Source: an uncultured virus (IMG/VR IMGVR_UViG_3300042519_003322) (taxonomy: Duplodnaviria > Heunggongvirae > Uroviricota > Caudoviricetes). Taken from it: 64,000 nt of DNA. The translations under genes were made by a program, and so were the position numbers. The notes beneath the pieces were generated by a model, which searched no databases, was not told the DNA's origin, and worked only from the letters and a program-made list of their open reading frames with translations. The stretch is taken from the IMG/VR virus record IMGVR_UViG_3300042519_003322. One strand, given 5' to 3'. How positions within the stretch are numbered: position 1 is the first letter of the stretch; each line of letters starts with the position of its first letter. Positions 62,590 through 64,000 of this stretch are shown in pieces.

Positions 62590-64000
62590 TTACCAGGGCC
62601 CATAGTGTCCATTTTCGCTCATGCTCTTTTCTGCTTCTTCAAGGCTGAATACACTTACGTCCTGCTCTGCAATGTTGCCAATGGCGTAATAAACAGCCTT
62701 CGGGATTTCAACTTCATTCCCATTAGAGTAGTCCCTAACCCACTCGACGCCGTCTCTCATGAATTCGTTCCATGCGTGCGGGAACCTGAGTCCTTCGGCA
62801 TCTCCTCCCGTTCCAAGGGGATAGCCATGAGCTATTTTCATGCTTTCATAAGTTTCGGCCAAATCTCTTGCCTGCTCTATTGCTTCACTAAAGCAATCTC
62901 CGTCTCCGTTAGGGACTTTCTGATTATATTTTTTCTCGAATTCATCGTCATGCAATTGCATACTTCGTAGTAGGCGACCCCCGTTGTCGTCTGTTGCACC
63001 ACTTGAAAGGTGTTTCTGTGCGGCCTGTTCAAAAAGGGCGATAGAAGCATCTTCTACTTCTGTCATATTTGGAACGTTGAACTGATTTGGTACCTCAAAA
63101 CTTGCTATCGGTGTTCTGGCCTCAAAAATCTGATACTCCTGAGACGGGAACCCTTCTACTACCTCTCGCTCGGGAACTCTTACGAGATATGTTTTACTTG
63201 TTGGGAAGGCATTGCGCACGTATCCCCTGCTAGGCCCGAAGGAAGCATGGTTATAACTAAGATGTTCTTTGCCTGCTTTTGCTAGCGGATAGGCATATTC
63301 ATATCGCGCCATCACCCTTCGTCCATTATCAATATAGCCACGAGCAATGTCCCTCAAATATTCAGGATTAATGCGTTCGTCATCTTGGCCCGCTACGTAG
63401 GTCTGATATTCCTTGCGGTCCCTATCCCTGCCTGGAACTCTTGTGTTTTGGGCCAACTTTGGCCCATCCCAAACTCCAGTTTCATCATATTCTTTCAGCG
63501 CGAGTTGATAGGCATTGAAATTGCTTTCCGCCTCCTCGTAGAGGCTAATTATACTGTTTCGGGTTGTCTCATTGAGCCTCTGGGTATCCATGCCTTGACG
63601 CAAGTAGGTTCCGTCTCCGCCCTTGGGTAGCGTAAATGATGGGTCGAGGACTCCGCCCTCGAGTATCGGTGCGCCAGTATGAATCAACCACATCGCATCG
63701 GGGTCATCTTTGGTTAACGACCACTCCCTGTCCTCCCACGAACCACGTGATTCTCTTATTTTTTTGCCACGTTCGGCTAGGGCTGCAAAATTTGGGAGGT
63801 CGGCGATTGATACGGCATTTACATGTGCAATATCTCCATCATTTTCCATTCTGTCCAAATTGATAAGTCGTTCATTTACGTGGTCTAGTTGTTTTTCAAT
63901 TTGAGATAGGTAGCCATTAAATGTGGAACTTAAAGTGTCCTTGTCCCCCATCCCACTTGATTCTTCTGCTGAGATATTTCGGGTTATGCCTGATTTGGGA
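62590..64000 (-). CDS. C-terminal part of a large hypothetical protein (probably starts beyond the window)
   Basis: 453-aa ORF with frame open toward the window edge; C-term GDCF...HG...HAW.E...D motif. Confidence 0.5.
   Translation of the reverse strand, partial: PKSGITRNISAEESSGMGDKDTLSSTFNGYLSQIEKQLDHVNERLINLDRMENDGDIAHVNAVSIADLPNFAALAERGKKIRESRGSWEDREWSLTKDDPDAMWLIHTGAPILEGGVLDPSFTLPKGGDGTYLRQGMDTQRLNETTRNSIISLYEEAESNFNAYQLALKEYDETGVWDGPKLAQNTRVPGRDRDRKEYQTYVAGQDDERINPEYLRDIARGYIDNGRRVMARYEYAYPLAKAGKEHLSYNHASFGPSRGYVRNAFPTSKTYLVRVPEREVVEGFPSQEYQIFEARTPIASFEVPNQFNVPNMTEVEDASIALFEQAAQKHLSSGATDDNGGRLLRSMQLHDDEFEKKYNQKVPNGDGDCFSEAIEQARDLAETYESMKIAHGYPLGTGGDAEGLRFPHAWNEFMRDGVEWVRDYSNGNEVEIPKAVYYAIGNIAEQDVSVFSLEEAEKSMSENGHYGPW

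Noticed and set aside
1..64000. Stop-codon reassignment (many TAG codons in motif A)
   Set aside because: Recognisable genes are full length under code 11, and TAG ends ORFs right before the next start

Overview
A 64-kb segment of a large dsDNA tailed-phage genome, most likely infecting an actinobacterium (WhiB, DUF732-like lipoproteins, a CGAAC-N4-GTTCG LexA box, leaderless genes). 1-9.3 kb: virion-type genes, a five-gene sugar-modification operon and a large acidic membrane-anchored surface protein. 9.4-20 kb: regulators and replication or nucleotide accessory genes (metallophosphoesterase, proteasome-beta/HslV-like protease, WhiB, RHH proteins, helicase-loader-like pair, Nmad1/DUF1599, HA-HTH regulator behind a LexA box). 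20-50 kb is the notable part: about 50 mostly small, mostly leftward genes in 1-4-gene cassettes punctuated by a recurring DNA grammar. By-eye counts: >70 copies of a 13-bp site AGAGTAGATAAGT, about 21 of a related site GGGGGGTAATAGATAA, about 15 of a fixed-spacing inverted repeat AGCCCCG-N17-19-CGGGGCT, and about 25 promoters sharing a conserved GTCTGTACC spacer. The block looks depleted of 4-bp palindromes and ends in a 2-kb strand-biased low-complexity tract with iteron-like repeats. 50-64 kb: two SLT-like proteins, an M15 endolysin cassette, an SNF2/HARP-like helicase, tRNA(CAT), thioredoxin and ssb. Product calls come from recognising motifs by eye; no searches were run, so counts and some start codons are approximate.
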